A stretch of DNA of 63,681 nt, filler included, from Hausera hauseri (taxonomy: Eukaryota): the NCBI GenBank assembly GCA_046269625.1. It is 12 parts of 12 records of this genome, joined end to end, with 100 filler letters (N's around TTAATTAATTAA, not from the genome) between each part and the next. Parts side by side here need not be neighbours in the genome. Positions count along the whole stretch, not along the records: positions 14,624 to 21,617 come from JBJURY010045331.1; positions 21,718 to 26,038 come from JBJURY010636553.1; positions 26,139 to 31,340 come from JBJURY010308832.1; positions 31,441 to 35,720 come from JBJURY010660330.1; 8 more parts are not named here. The stretch is one strand, 5' to 3'. The notes under the pieces were generated by a model. The model ran no database searches. It saw only the letters and a list, made by a program, of their open reading frames with translations, and was not told the DNA's origin. This document shows positions 20,290 through 33,627 of the stretch, piece after piece. Position 1 is the stretch's first letter. Every line of letters starts with the position of its first letter. The translations under genes were made by a program, and so were the position numbers.

Positions 20290-22592
20290 CTTAGGCCTCA
20301 CTGGCTCCCTTGGCTAATTTTTTTTTACTTTTTCTCTTGGGAGCAGTACCTCGGTCTGTGGCTGTTTATATAGTAGACCGAGGTGTGGCCCACAGCAGGT
20401 GGGCGTGGACTACAAGTTTTCAGTGCTGCGCATGCACGCAGGAGATAAACCCACTAACAATAGCCTTAAAGGGTGTACCCTGTACGAAATAGAACAGAAA
20501 CTTTACCAAAGTAAACTGTTGGAAAAAGATTAATAGGTGAACTCTGTGCTTAATGCCCAAAGTCCACTGCTGTGGGCCATATATATTAGATTAGCCTTGT
20601 GATGGACTTGTAACAGGTTTATATTTCAAAGCCAGATTTTCACTATGTTATTATTACAGTAAATATTACACCATGTAGTGATTTCATATTAGGTTCCTAT
20701 TACTTATACTAACAAAGCCTTTTTAAAGTACCTTAAAGAAGAGCATGATCAATATATGTAATTTATTCTAAGTATCCAAATTGTGACCATTTTAGGCCAG
20801 CATATTCATTGAAAAGTGTGGGACAGTTATTATTTATAATTTGAGCTCCATGACAATCACAGAAATATCAGTGTTACATTAACGTCAGCTGTATACGTGA
20901 TATTGAGAATGGAGCGGGATATCCAAACGTGTCCCATTATCTACCGGCAAACTACAAGAATGTAATCCAGTGTTGGTTCTAATTTAGTGTTAGCCGAAAT
21001 ATTTACGCTTTATTTGGTAGCGGGGAACTAAGCCAAAAAAAAGTTTGAAGACCGCCGATACAAACAAAAGTGGAGAAATGCAATGAAGCCTTCTACACGC
21101 CACGATCCAATGATCATACTGGTTATTGGACCAAGGAATGGAGAAGGGAAGTAGTATTGATGAGATTTGCAATCAATGCCCCTATTTCACTAATTATATC
21201 ATCTCACCTAATTGTATTTCATTTTCCAATGTCTTCATCACTATTTCCCAACCACTGCTTTTATTTGTATTCCAATATCACATTCACTGTAGCCACTACT
21301 GACTGACAGCAATGCTCAACGAGCCAGAAAATACTTGAAAGTGACTATTACAAGGGAAACTGTGGGGCAATCGAATCCAGACAACAGAAGAAGAGATTAA
21401 AGAAAGAGGGACAGAATCGTTCGTTACTCCAGGGAATTATCTCCGTGACTAGTGCCATAGATGGCGGTACTCTATTTAATTAATTATCGCGTCAGAGTAG
21501 GTTGACCATGATGGTCCAAGGAGTCGATCATTGACTTGTGACGCAGCAGAAAATCACTTTTAATCACAGCTTTGTTTACTTACAGACTCATGTGATTTCA
21601 ATAGTGTGTACAGTACANNNNNNNNNNNNNNNNNNNNNNNNNNNNNNNNNNNNNNNNNNNNTTAATTAATTAANNNNNNNNNNNNNNNNNNNNNNNNNNN
21701 NNNNNNNNNNNNNNNNNCGATGCGTCTTCCGTACACCATCATTTCTATGTGCCACACATTACCGTGCACCACTTCCTTCTAACATCCGCATTTTGTGCAC
21801 CTCACCTGCTTCCGGAGTGCACCGTGCACCGTTCACGGTGTCTTTTTTGGAACCTACGTCACCAAATCTATCCATCCGTGCGGGTGTGCGCATCAAGCAG
21901 GCTTCGGATTGGCTGCATGGGGGGGTACCCCGTGGGGGGTGATCCAGAACCCGCATTTTTATACTACTTTGGTCCGACGCCCCAGTAATCAAATAAGAGG
22001 TACTATCGAATAAAACCTTAATAAGTAAGAACGAAGTAATCCACGGGGAACCTTACACATTACCCACAGGATAGATAGGTAGGATTTTCGTAGTCTTTAT
22101 TAGTGATTCCGAAGGAAATTATTTCCATTAACACTATTGTTCTCTTCAATAATTTGTGTAAGCACGTAAAGTATTGTCTCTCTCCCATCTCAATTATTGG
22201 AGATTGAACAAAAACACCAAGATCATACTATAATGTTTTGGCAACTTCACTAGATATTTTCAGGTAAAAATAAGAGCTCACTGACAATTACAATTTTGTA
22301 TAATATCCACGACTTTCCGAATTATTGCGTTCACAAAGTAACATCTAAATATTTACTGAGAAGGGACATTATCTTCCTGCTAGTCAGAGTTTTACAAGTT
22401 CTATAAATTTTATGCTAATTAATTAATAGTATGAAAATATTTTTGCAAACAAAGCAAAGATTATGCAACATGGGGTTCTAAATTTTACATCTGTAATGGT
22501 GTTTATTGTTATGTTGCTTTAAAATATATAAATTATTTTTGCACTTAACCAGAATTTCCTTAGCTACTAACAATAAACTAGTATTAGCAATG

Positions 22593-23680
22593 CAGTGTGT
22601 CCCTAAATTATTTTTACATTTAACATAGTATCTATTCGTCAAATATAACTACTGTTTTGCTAATATAAGTTTATTTTCAATAGCACAGGAAATTCTGAAT
22701 AAGAACAAAAATAATTTATATACCTGGTAAGTCAGGAATTCTGCATCAATAACTGATTACAAGTGCAGCACAAATAACAAGCCATTTCTTTGTGTCAGGT
22801 AATTACGTGCAAGAACATACTGTCTGTATTGCGTGTATGTGACAAAATTTATTTTGTTTCATTTATTTTGTTAGCTATGTCATCTGAGGAAAATAGCTGC
22901 TGACATTTTCCTGCACAATGCAGGTCGTGCACAATGTACAATTTTAAGACTTTTGAAATGGAATCGGTCAAAGCAAAGTTCTGTCAGTCGAATTATACAA
23001 CGATATGCAGAGACCAAGAACTTGCAAGATCGAATAAGGACAGGAGCCTTTCAAACAGCTAGGACAGGAAAACTTATTTCCAATGTTAAGCAGCTGGTTC
23101 GTCGAAATCCGCGTCGTTCACAAAGAAGAGTGGCTGCATCATTCACTGTTCCGATCTACCATCTCCAGAGTTCTACATGATGATTTAGGGATGCGAGAAT
23201 ACAAGTTGAGAAGAGCTCCGCTTTTGACTTCTACGATGAAACTTAAACGACCCCAGAGAAGCCGTTTGTTACTACGGCGCTTCACAGACATAAGCATCAA
23301 GCGCATCATCTTTACAGATGAAAACGATTTACCGTAGAAGAAGCATTCAGTGCTCAAAATCAACGTGTATATTTCGTATGTTATGCAGACATCAGCAACG
23401 AGGCAAGACACCAGCAAGGCTGGTGTGTCATTGGCAGGAACCACAAGCATCCACATCATTCCTAAAGGAACCACAATCATTGCCACATACTACCGAGATC
23501 TTATATTCTCAAAGAAATTTTATTACCTAATGCTCAACGCCTGTTTCCATATGGTGCCTGGACCCTACAACAGAATGGGGCCCCTCCTCATTCAGGAAAA
23601 ATAACTTAGTAGTGGTGTAGCCAGACTCTATCCGATTTTATAACTAAAAGCCAATGGCTTCCTGCATCCCCAGAATCACT
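22593..23680 (+). mobile_element. Degenerate Tc1/mariner-superfamily transposon (maT-like)
   Basis: HTH region (RRNPRRSQRRVAASF), IIFTDE, QQNGAPPH and WLPASP across frameshifts; possible TIR start cagtgtgtcc at 22593. Confidence 0.75.
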
Positions 23681-23799
23681 TAACAAACACAGTATCAAAC
23701 AATCATTCAGCCAAACATGCTACAATTGTTAAAGAAAGTTGGCTTTTGTCGTGAATGTAGGTATTTCGTATCTAGATTTCTTGGTTTGAATTATGGCAC

Positions 23800-25200
23800 C
23801 TTGTCAAAAACTGTGGCCGAAGACTCTCGCAGAAGTAGCCGATACGTCTTTGGCACTTATTTCAACATCGACTGAATAACACGGGTAATTTGGCAGGAGA
23901 ATTTGCTGACAACTTGGTAAGCAATAATCGCTGACATACTTAAGCAATGGATGAATAGTTATTGTAGCCCAGTCAAAAATATCCATGTAAGAGGTAGCAT
24001 TTAAACTGGTTTTTATCTGCTTTGTATCGAATGAGAGTACTTGCTGTTCATTTGCATCCTTCTTTCTTGCTCTAATAATTTGCTCACATGAAAATGTTCG
24101 TATGCTGGTTCGATAGCAGGTTTTCGGGATGACAGAAAGAGTAATTATGTTACAGGACCGGCACAATTACATTCTGGTCATCAGAATCAAGTCTGTGGTA
24201 CAAAGACAACATGAAAAAGAAATTTTTTACACAATCTTGGTATGAAGAATGAGTTCTGAAATAGGAACAAGCTGGTGCACAGAAGTTCAGCGGAAATCGT
24301 ACCAAACACTTGAGTTCCAATGGCGGACTTTTTCTGAAACATACAAGTGAAGTAGTCTATTTGCTTTTTGTAAGCTGTATTGTATAGTTTAGTGCTCCCG
24401 GTTGAGCAGTTTGCAAAAAATTTACATACTGTTCTCCAGTATGTACTCCTCGCTGAACCAACAAACATATCCGAAGCAAGTACAATAGATCAGAACTTAT
24501 ATCACTCTCAGATGTTTCAGTTACATCAGGCTAAAATGTTAACGTAGTTTATATTGGTCCATCGATAGATTTAGGACTTGTTATTCTTCCATCAACAACC
24601 TGGACTAACCTTCTCAGAGGCAATTCATTTGCATGCAGCATGTAAATAAGCCACTACAGTGATCTCTGAAGATGTAACCCAAGCCGTCGTATTATTCCGT
24701 TTTTATTTCCCGTACTAACTGTAGTTAATACGTGCAATACACAATGGCTCTAAAGGTTGGAACAAACTTTGTACTTTGCATCACGGACAAATTGTTTTGG
24801 ATACATCGTCAGATTTTCCGGATTCATTGTTATACACATCTGGAAAGGACAACAGTACATAGTGTTCTTTAACTTTTCTCTTCACTTTACCTCATGATAC
24901 CAGCGTTACCATTGAAACCAGTGCAAACTACGTCTATATTTTCAAGTAGGTGTAATTCTGCCGATTTTATCATCACTGCTTTGTCTGGTGTTGTAATTTA
25001 CTTGAATCAACAGCGTTACTAGAATCTAGAAGACCAAGGTCTTTGAAGGCTGCATTAACTATGGGGCAATCATCTTTGTTGCTGAAATTTGTTCTCTCGA
25101 GTGTTTTACACACCTCACGATATTCATTTCCAGTCTGAGGAAAGTGTTCAGTTTCTTCTTCGTCTTCATGCAATCCAGGAGTAGCTGCTTTTTCTGTTTC
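23800..25200 (-). mobile_element. Degenerate hAT-superfamily (hATm-like) transposase relic
   Basis: Minus-strand motifs MLHANELPLRRLV..DG..SP..IDGPI, PGALNY, YPCYSVDVEISAKDVS..S..VFG, and N-terminal KDLGLL..VDSSKL. Confidence 0.65.
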
Positions 25201-25339
25201 ACTTTCATCTAAACTTTATATGTAAAAAAACGTCATTTTGAATCTCTTTCTTCTTTATGTTATCTTCGTATCTCACTATTTTCTGCTGCCGTTCTTCAAA
25301 ATTTCTTTTTTCTGTTATTACCTTGTCAATGTGTCCTTA

Positions 25340-25560
25340 CATGTTCGTAAATTGATCACGTTCTCGTATTCAGAAGAAGCTAGTATTTTAATAAGTTATA
25401 TTGAAAAATTAAATACAAATCCAAACATGAATATAAGAGTAATATTCGAAACAATAAAACATATTGATTATTTAAATAAATTTCTCATGCCTAAAGAATT
25501 GCAATCAAATTTAATTTATAAATTTGAATGTCAGGAAGACAATTCTTTATACGTCAAAGA
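25340..25560 (+). mobile_element. Possible Penelope-like (GIY-YIG) fragment
   Basis: IRVIFET..LQSNLIYKFECQEDNSLYV resembles the start of a Penelope GIY-YIG domain; short and degraded. Confidence 0.4.
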
Positions 25561-26185
25561 TTTCACATCATCACTATACAATTGCCCGAAGAATCGTAAT
25601 GTTAGTAGTTGAAGGTGGGCCCTATCCAACATCCAACTATAACGATATTGAAACTCAAGTTTAAAACAATGATTATGAGCAGATAAGTCCTAACTTTCTC
25701 CTTAGGATGTTTGCACTATTTTAATTTGCGTGTACTGCGTGCGGTGCCTTGCGTAGTTTACAAACTCTCAACTTAACTATGAAGTTTAATACGATTTTAA
25801 TTCTTAGTTTAGTGCAAGTACCTCGTAAGGAGCGAAGGAAAACTGAAATTTTAGAATTACAACAATTTATTAATAATACAATAACGATACCGTTATCACT
25901 ATCGAAGATTTACAGTTCAGAAATTCGAATGTCTTTTGTTATCAATCGGATTAATCTTAAATACAAAATCGTTGAATTCTGCTTATTCGTACTGACTGAA
26001 TAAAACTACAAACTGTACACTAATCCATTGGCTTATATNNNNNNNNNNNNNNNNNNNNNNNNNNNNNNNNNNNNNNNNNNNNTTAATTAATTAANNNNNN
26101 NNNNNNNNNNNNNNNNNNNNNNNNNNNNNNNNNNNNNNAATGTTAACATAACACCAAATACAATGCCAATGTTCACCATAACGTC

Positions 26186-26338
26186 AAATGTACCATTTGT
26201 GGATATTTAATTTCTGATCGTTTTCAGTCTCAAATTTTGGGATGCAAATTTTGTCCATACTGTATCAACGAAATTATTAAATCCGACAAAACGAAATGTT
26301 GTCCAGATAACGGAAAGTTATGTTCACAAAAGATATTG
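26186..26338 (+). pseudogene. RING-finger (TRAF-like) exon fragment
   Basis: KCTICGYLISDRFQSQILGCKFCPYCINEIIKSDKTKCCPDNGKL has RING-like Cys spacing with degenerate central ligands. Confidence 0.4.
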
Positions 26339-27329
26339 TATATCAGTTAATTGTTATCTTATGCCGTTACAAACGATAAAATAATAACACCAGTTGTTCA
26401 ATCAATCCTAAAGACCGAATTAAATCATTGACCTCCAACCAATCCCATTGATGTTGTAGCCCGAAATAACGTTGTGGAATTGCAAACAGACTTCAACAAA
26501 ATGAAATTTAATTCTCGTTTACAGGAATTCCTCCAAGATTTTTCACCAATATAAAGACAACGTCAATGTTTGGTGTTCAAGGGTCCGTTTGTCCAATAAT
26601 GAAATACAAAAACAATAACCGTTTATTCATCATTGTTTGCGAATCATAAAGTTCAGATAACGCAACTGGAGATTTAAATGTGACAGCTTTTCTCCTTTGT
26701 TCCCACTTGTATAAACGATTAATAGAAGTCTCTATACCTTTATCAGATGCCAGTATTCCTAATGACCTAATGTTACTTTTCATCACTTATCTTCATTTAC
26801 ATTTTGCGTAAATGTGTATGTGTGACAAGAAACAAAATGTTATAGAAAATTGATTAGAGTTATGGAATTATTGTTTCTGTAAATTTGAATTTAAAAATAA
26901 TAAATATCTATTCATTCTTGTGTAAATTGTTTACGATTTTCGATCACCAAAAAGGATTTTCAAATAAGACAACAAAATCTACAGGAAAATATTATCGTTG
27001 TGATTAACCTTCGGTGGATTTTTATTAACCATATCGTAACTGCAACGTATTTGGAATTTTATATCCCCGTTATATGTATAAGAAAACACCACACATGCCT
27101 TAACCCAGACCTGTACATCTGTACGCATAGTTGGCTATACAACGTGGGGTTGCAGTAGACGAAATGTAACTTTCGAACCCGGATAATGAAGAAAGTGAAA
27201 GTAAGTGAAAGCTGTCTTTTGTAACTATGGAGGAAGAATGATTTTTTATTAGTCGAGTTGGAGGTGTCGTAGGCGATGCCATCGATGATCTCAACAGATT
27301 TAAAAGCTTAAACAATATCAGATAATGGC

Positions 27330-30300
27330 TGATTACTTCTCAGGATTTCGAGGAGAAAATTGGCTGAACTGTAATTGAGTTGACCGACTGCGACAAAATG
27401 TCTGCTACTAAATTTTCGGTGCTGAAATATATTTCATAGAAAAACTAAATGTCGACAGGTATGATATATGTTGTTCTTGTCTGAGTGATGGCTGTTTTAA
27501 CGTCATAATATGAAGTAGAGGTTTATTGTCGGTTTGGATGACAAATTGACGTGATAGAAGCAAATGCTTGAAATGCTTTACCGCTAGAACTATGGCCAGG
27601 AGTTCACGATCGATTGCTGAGCATCAGCTTTCTGGCTGCGTTAACTTTCGAGAATAGAATTCTAACGGCTCATCAATACCATCGTATATTTGGTGTAATA
27701 TCGCACCAGTGGCTGTGGTGGATGCATCGGTGGTCAATATTAGTTCCACGTTGGGTTTTGGAAAAGCAAGGATTTCAACGGTTTTCAGACCTTTACGAAG
27801 GTGATCAAATTGGTTTATTAGATCAGGATTCCAGTGGATTAATTATCTTTTCTTCTCGGATGAGAGGTGTGCGAAAGGTGCCGTTAGCTCGGAGCAGTGT
27901 GGTACGTATTTGTGTACGAAATTCAGTGTCCCTAGAAAACTCCTCATGTTGGTAGTAGTAGTTGGTAATGTCACAATTTTCAACTGTTGTAAGCGATCAG
28001 GCAGGAGGAATGATTATAGGGAGTAATTATGTGGCCTAAGAAGTTGATGCATTTCTGGAAGAAATTAAATTTGGAGAAATTAATCTGCAGGTTGCTTTGA
28101 TGTAATCTGCGGAAAATAATTCGGAGATGCTCATGATGTTGTTTGATGGAGGTGGAAGGGACTGGTATGTCATCTATATATGGATGAGCAAAATCAAAAC
28201 CTGAGAGTACGGTGTCAATATGGCGTTGAAAAGTCTGAGATGCTCTACGTAGGCCGAAAGGCGTGAAAATTTTTTCATAAAGGCCAAAAGATGTGATGGC
28301 AGCAGTTTTTGAAATGTCATCAGGTGCAAAAAGAAATTGATGGTAGGCCTTGTGCAGATCAATGGTAGAATAGGTATTGGTGTTATTGAGGCTATGAAGG
28401 ATATCCTTAATGAGTAGTAGTGGATAGGGAGCTGTAATGGTCAGGTTGTTTAATTGACGATAGTCGCCACATGGCCTATAGGTACCATCTTTCTTTGCCA
28501 CTACATGAAGAGGAGAAACCCCAGGTTAATTCGATCTCCGAATGATGGCAGACTTTTCCAGTTTATTAAATTCCTGTTCCACAGCTTTACGTTTGCATGG
28601 AGACAAGGATCAGACCTTTTGTTTAATAGGCCTCTGGTGCTCTATGATTATATGCTGATAAGTTGAGGATGGCGGCTTGAAGTTGATATCCCTTTTGACA
28701 TGCGTAAACAAGACGTTGTGATGTATGATTTAAGATCGGAGTCTAGAGATAAGAATTGTTGAGGCATGTCATCAAAAGAAACAGTTGAGGTAATTGACGA
28801 AAAGCAACTGGCATTGCCACTGTTAACACACAATTTGGATTTCTGTTTTAAAATAGATTTGTGATTGTTATTCATAGTTGAAGGATGCCGACTTTATCAA
28901 AAGTTTTGTCAATAGTTGACGAGGCGTTCAACATATTTACAGAAAAGTGCCATGAATTATTCTCTAGATTGTCTGTGAGAAATTTGATTGAATTTGCTAT
29001 CGAGTTCCTGCGCAGAAAACAGCCGTATTTACAATCAACCAACGGATCATGTGCGGCCAGGAAATCCGAGACGATTATTGGTGAATTTATGTTAGCGATG
29101 AGGAACTTCCAAACAAACTTGTTCGGTAAGTGATGGAAGGTAAAAGTTAGCTCTGTGGTACCAACAATGCGTAAAAGCTGCTCACTGGCTGTGAAGAGTT
29201 GAGGAGAAGAAAAATTATTGTAAGTTGGAGTGAAAGATAACGGTAGAAGGGAAAATGTGGCTCCAGAGTCAATGAGAAAGTCTATATTTGATGAATTGTC
29301 AGAGAAGATTGCAGCTTAAAACAGAAATACTGCAGAGGTGGTATAAAGAAGGCCAGAAGAACGCAATGCATTGCCTATACCAGAAGGTGCCGTTGAATCT
29401 GGCGGCGTTGTTAGTTTTTTGAAGGATTTGAAGAAGAAGAAGAAGGGGAGGAAAAAGGAAGAAATTTATTTTTGTAATATTTGCAACCAGGCACTCATAA
29501 TTTTGCCTGTGACTGGTACTTATTATGGTAGATACAAATAGGGTTGTCGTTGAAGTACTGTTGTATGATGTTGTCTATCGAAGGATCCGTGATATGGAGT
29601 ACAGCTTCACAGAGTGTTTTGTAAGGTGTCGAGTACTGGAGCAGTTTGGAGATGTTACTGATCCGCTGCTTGACATTATCAGGCAGAAGAATTAAAAGAC
29701 TATTGGCTCTCACGAAAGAGTCAGTGATGTTGATAGATTTTAGCCACTGTTGGTGGAATTGGAGCCATGGTTTACTGGAATTGTTTTCGTCAAGAAAAAA
29801 TCCACAAAACGTAGATTTATCAAAGCTCGTGATTGTTGAGAGTTTGGTAAACGATAGATATTGCATGTACTTGTAGATTTATCATTCGAGAAAGATGGAT
29901 TTGGGTCCGATTCGCCCCGAAGGCGGACGTGGAGCGTGAAATGGATGATTGGTGACATGCGAACAGTAAAAGGGAGTCGGAAGGATGTATAGTAAAAACT
30001 TGATATGTGAAGTAGAAGCCGGAAGTATTAAATAAAAAGGATAAAGAGTTGTATTAGAGCTGTGATGTGTCGTTGAGTGGAGCTCTTATGGTTTTATATG
30101 CCTGTGATTGCTAAAACAAGAAAGGGAAATTGCTGTTAGGTAATATGAGCAAAAGGTTGGTATGCGCGGGGGCTTGGGCGGTTTTCGTTTGGACAAGAGT
30201 TTTGAGCGTGCCACCCGGGGAGTTGTGGCAGAATGATCGCACACGTGAGTGCAAATCAGCAAAAAGAATCTCACCAACCTGTTTGAATATTTTTGGTGGT

Positions 30301-30570
30301 AGGACTTCTGCCGGATTTTGCCAAATTTGACATTCTCTCTCGACTGGATTATCCATATTGACGATGTCCGAGAATTCGCTGAGGTTTAGATACTCCCGTG
30401 GAGTGTATGGCAGGAGAATATTCGACGTGGACGAGTCTGAAGATTCAGTTGTTTCGGCTTTATTGACGACATCGGCAAATGCGTCTGTTAATCGGTCGGT
30501 GAGGTTGCTGAGACAATTGTGAGTGGTCAATTGCACCGAGTGGGAATAGCTGGTCATTAACTGCATGTAA
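27330..30570 (-). mobile_element. Gypsy CsRn1-like retrotransposon, degenerate copy B (gag with internal deletion, PR, RT, RH)
   Basis: gag PWLQFHQQWL, PR IDFLIDSGA, RT ORF 27980-28501 (YRPCGDYRQLN, PFGL, YIDD), RNase H TDAS/QTDNKP, and slippery A AAA AAC at 29420-29414. Confidence 0.92.
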
Positions 30571-30619
30571 TTAATCAAAACAAATATTTGACTTCCATTA
30601 ACTTAAATAACATGGATTT

Positions 30620-31340
30620 CTAAAGTTCTTTTCTTAAGTTCGAAAGAAGAGTGAATATCAAAATAGTTGACATATATTTCTTTCTTTTCGAGAAATCTCT
30701 GGTATGGTATATTCCCGAGCGTTAGTAAATAGACCATTTGGTATATAGTATATAACGGAAGTTTTATAACGCAGATGAAATATCAGTTCAGCTATATCAT
30801 CTTCATGATCCTTTTCAAGATTTCGGTGGGACCTCTTTACAAAATATTCAACATTCATTGACGAGTTGTCATTCTCCCACATTATATATAGTGAGACATA
30901 CTGTAAACAATCATCCCTCTTTATGTAAAATTTCTCAAGAGTCATGGATATTTCTATGCGTTTTACCAATCCATCAACTCTAGCGTTATCATGAAACAAT
31001 TGTCGAAAGAAATTGGGTTTCGATTTATCCCAGCTATAACCGAATTCTTTCAGGAAATTTTCATTTCATTCTTTATAAAACTCAGTTGTCGAATCCTTCT
31101 CAATTATTGTCTTGTACTGTTTGTCTTTTCGATTCGACATAAATTCATGAACTTCTTGAAGGCATTCATATTCCGTGTCATTGAAAATTTTGAGTATTGA
31201 ATAAAGTCCAGGTAAACAATAATAAGGAGAATGTTGAAACATTTGAACTTTGTTATAATTTCTGATTTTCTGAAAATTTGGAAATCTTCTTTCCAAACGT
31301 TTGTTATTAATAAACACATTCTTAACCCAAAACGTTGACA
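30620..31340 (-). pseudogene. DRC7: Dynein regulatory complex subunit 7 (CCDC135) homolog fragment, intronless, in-frame stop
   Basis: FQHSPYYCLPGL..IFNDTEY..HEFMSNRKD, FHDNARVDGLVKRIE..FYIKRDDCLQY and RSHRNLEKDHEDDIAELIF match recalled DRC7 motifs (ARVDGL.KR; F.RNP.K...ED.AER.F). Confidence 0.75.
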
Positions 31341-32474
31341 NNNNNNNNNNNNNNNNNNNNNNNNNNNNNNNNNNNNNNNNNNNNTTAATTAATTAANNNN
31401 NNNNNNNNNNNNNNNNNNNNNNNNNNNNNNNNNNNNNNNNACATATATTTGGCATATCTTTTACATATTTTACCCAAAGTACCCATATTTTTCCAGTATC
31501 ACACACATATTACCTGAATTTTCATCCATGTGACTTAAATTTTGACCAAATATCACCCATATTTCCTATAAATTGTCCATGTTTCGTACATATAACCCAT
31601 ATATTGTCCATATTTTACTTGCATTAGCCAGATATTTCCCGTATTTTATTCATATATTATCCATATTTCATACAATTTATCCATATTTTACATACATATC
31701 ACCATATTCTACTCAGAGAGTACTCATATTTACCAGTATTACTTCCAAATTATCCTTGATAAATTCAACAAAACCTAACAAAAAGTGAAATTTTACTGAA
31801 ATTCATCGTTGGATAAACTGAGTAAAACCGATAGTTTTATTAATGCAGGGGAATACTGAACAAGTGTATCTCTCGTCCAACTGACAGTGGGCTCATCGTT
31901 ACAACATAAAGGAAACGCTATTAATTGAATATTAAAAGAATATTTGTAGAAAAAGTAATAAAACTTTAGTAAGTTAAATAAATTATCGAAATTAACACCA
32001 ATAAAAGTATGTTTGTCATTGATAAATGGGTTCATATTACTATTATAAATTATAATTAAGAATGTTGTTTAAAAATTAACTTTCACTTTATAGTTACTTT
32101 TAAAATTGTCCAATTTATTTAATGCATATAGTTGATACAATATGAAAGTTTTGGATGGATAATTGAGCTCACGATAAAGGAATAGAACGACATTATCGAA
32201 AATAATGACATTATGCAAGAAAAGATTAACATAATTTAAATAAGGACACACGAGATACCGAATATTAAAATAGTAGGTATAGAAAATTCACATCCACTAA
32301 ATGAATGCATTTTGGTACATTTTTATGAAATTCCAGAAAACAAATATGTTGTATCAGTATGTTCAATATAATGTGGGGATATTACATACATGCCATTATG
32401 AAAGATTGATTAGCAAGTACAATTTGTTTAAATATTTGCCAATTGCGGGTAATACGAATTGTATAACAGTTGGA

Positions 32475-33358
32475 ATGGTGATCATTACAAATATATTTGT
32501 TGTTGGTTTTCATCACAAACGTGGTACAGAAGTAACTAAATGATAACAATTTGGAAAAATATAGTATTTATTGAATTAGGTAGAATTTGCATATCCACCA
32601 ATTGATAACGATAATAATTGTTGGTCGAATTGTTGGCGGCATTTCACGGCAATGGTAATGCCCGACGGTGCCAATAAATGTCTTTCAGATGTTTATTTTA
32701 CAATTCCATCAAATATGGATATTGACAATAGCAGTAAACAACAATTACTATTTGGTGTCAGCTGTTTCAGACAAATTTCATCTGATGTAAGTTATTATTT
32801 ACTCGAAAACTTGCAAAAGTCAGAGAAAACAAACATGTACAAGGACAAAATAATAATTCGAACACAGATACAATTTTATAATGTTGTCATGATGGAATAA
32901 TAAATAACATATTTTTGTACACACATTTGTTACATTGACAATGTCATTTTGCGGGTTACAATTAATGTGGTTTGATTTCGATTTTAGTTAAAAGTATAAT
33001 TAATTACTGTTATTTCTTAAAATACTGTATAATTTTCAAATAACTTGTATGTGTTTGTTAAATTTGATTCAGTAATTATAGAAATGTGGAAAAGTTGAAG
33101 ATGTTTCATGTATTATTTGTCATTACAGATAATAAAATACAAATCAGACGATATTACAAGGAACACAGTACAGAAATGCATTGTGATATTATCAATACAA
33201 GTAATTTTTAATTTTTATCTATTATTATAATTATTTTGTAGCCATTATTTGGTGCAATTGGCAATTTATTATTGGGTATAACAGAATCATATTTTTCAAT
33301 GGGCAATTTATCGAATTATGACGTAATTATGGAATCATATGAACAAATGAATGAATAA
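32475..33358 (+). pseudogene. AVL9: AVL9 homolog, exons 1-4 only (about 150 codons), truncated
   Basis: Exons 32475-32531 (VVGFHHKRG), 32580-32786 (VEFAYPP..MPDGA..LFGVSCFRQI), 33129-33200 (DITRNTVQK) and 33242-33358 (PLFG..ITESYF..YEQMN). GT-AG introns of 48, 342 and 41 nt, all phase 0. Confidence 0.85.
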
Positions 33359-33627
33359 ATATTACATCATTTATCAATGTCATTGTTGTGTAACAGGCAG
33401 TCAATTAAAAGAAATAGATTGTCGTATACAAGAAATCAACAGTGTCGGTAAATATTACATCATTCATCAATATCATTGTTGTGTAACAGGCAGTCAATTA
33501 AAAGAAATAGATTGTCGTATACGAGAAATCAACAGTATCGGTAAATATTACATCATTCATCAATGTCATTGTTGTGTAACAGGCAGTCAATTAAAAGAAA
33601 TAGATTGTCGTATACGAGAAATCAACA
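33357..33627 (+). repeat. Three tandem 93-bp repeats (mini-intron plus exon unit)
   Basis: Unit starts at 33357, 33450 and 33543; copies are near-identical. Confidence 0.95.

Larger units (their letters stand above)
14683..20495 (+). mobile_element. Full-length DIRS1-type tyrosine-recombinase retrotransposon (teleost type)
   Basis: Three intact ORFs (gag, RT-RNase H-MT, YR), imperfect inverted terminal repeats at ~14749-14863 and ~20338-20453, an internal complementary region at 20188-20289, and AAC at both ends. Confidence 0.95.

Noticed and set aside
30540-30570. Primer-binding-site-like sequence for Gypsy copy B (also 39740-39770 and 50525-50540)
   Set aside because: Too degenerate to assign a tRNA or an LTR boundary.
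31441-31760. atattt(t)accc/catat low-complexity tract
   Set aside because: No fixed period or identifiable function.
33357-33627. Tandem repeats here and at 63173-63348 considered as CRISPR arrays
   Set aside because: No unique spacers, no cas genes, and a eukaryotic context.
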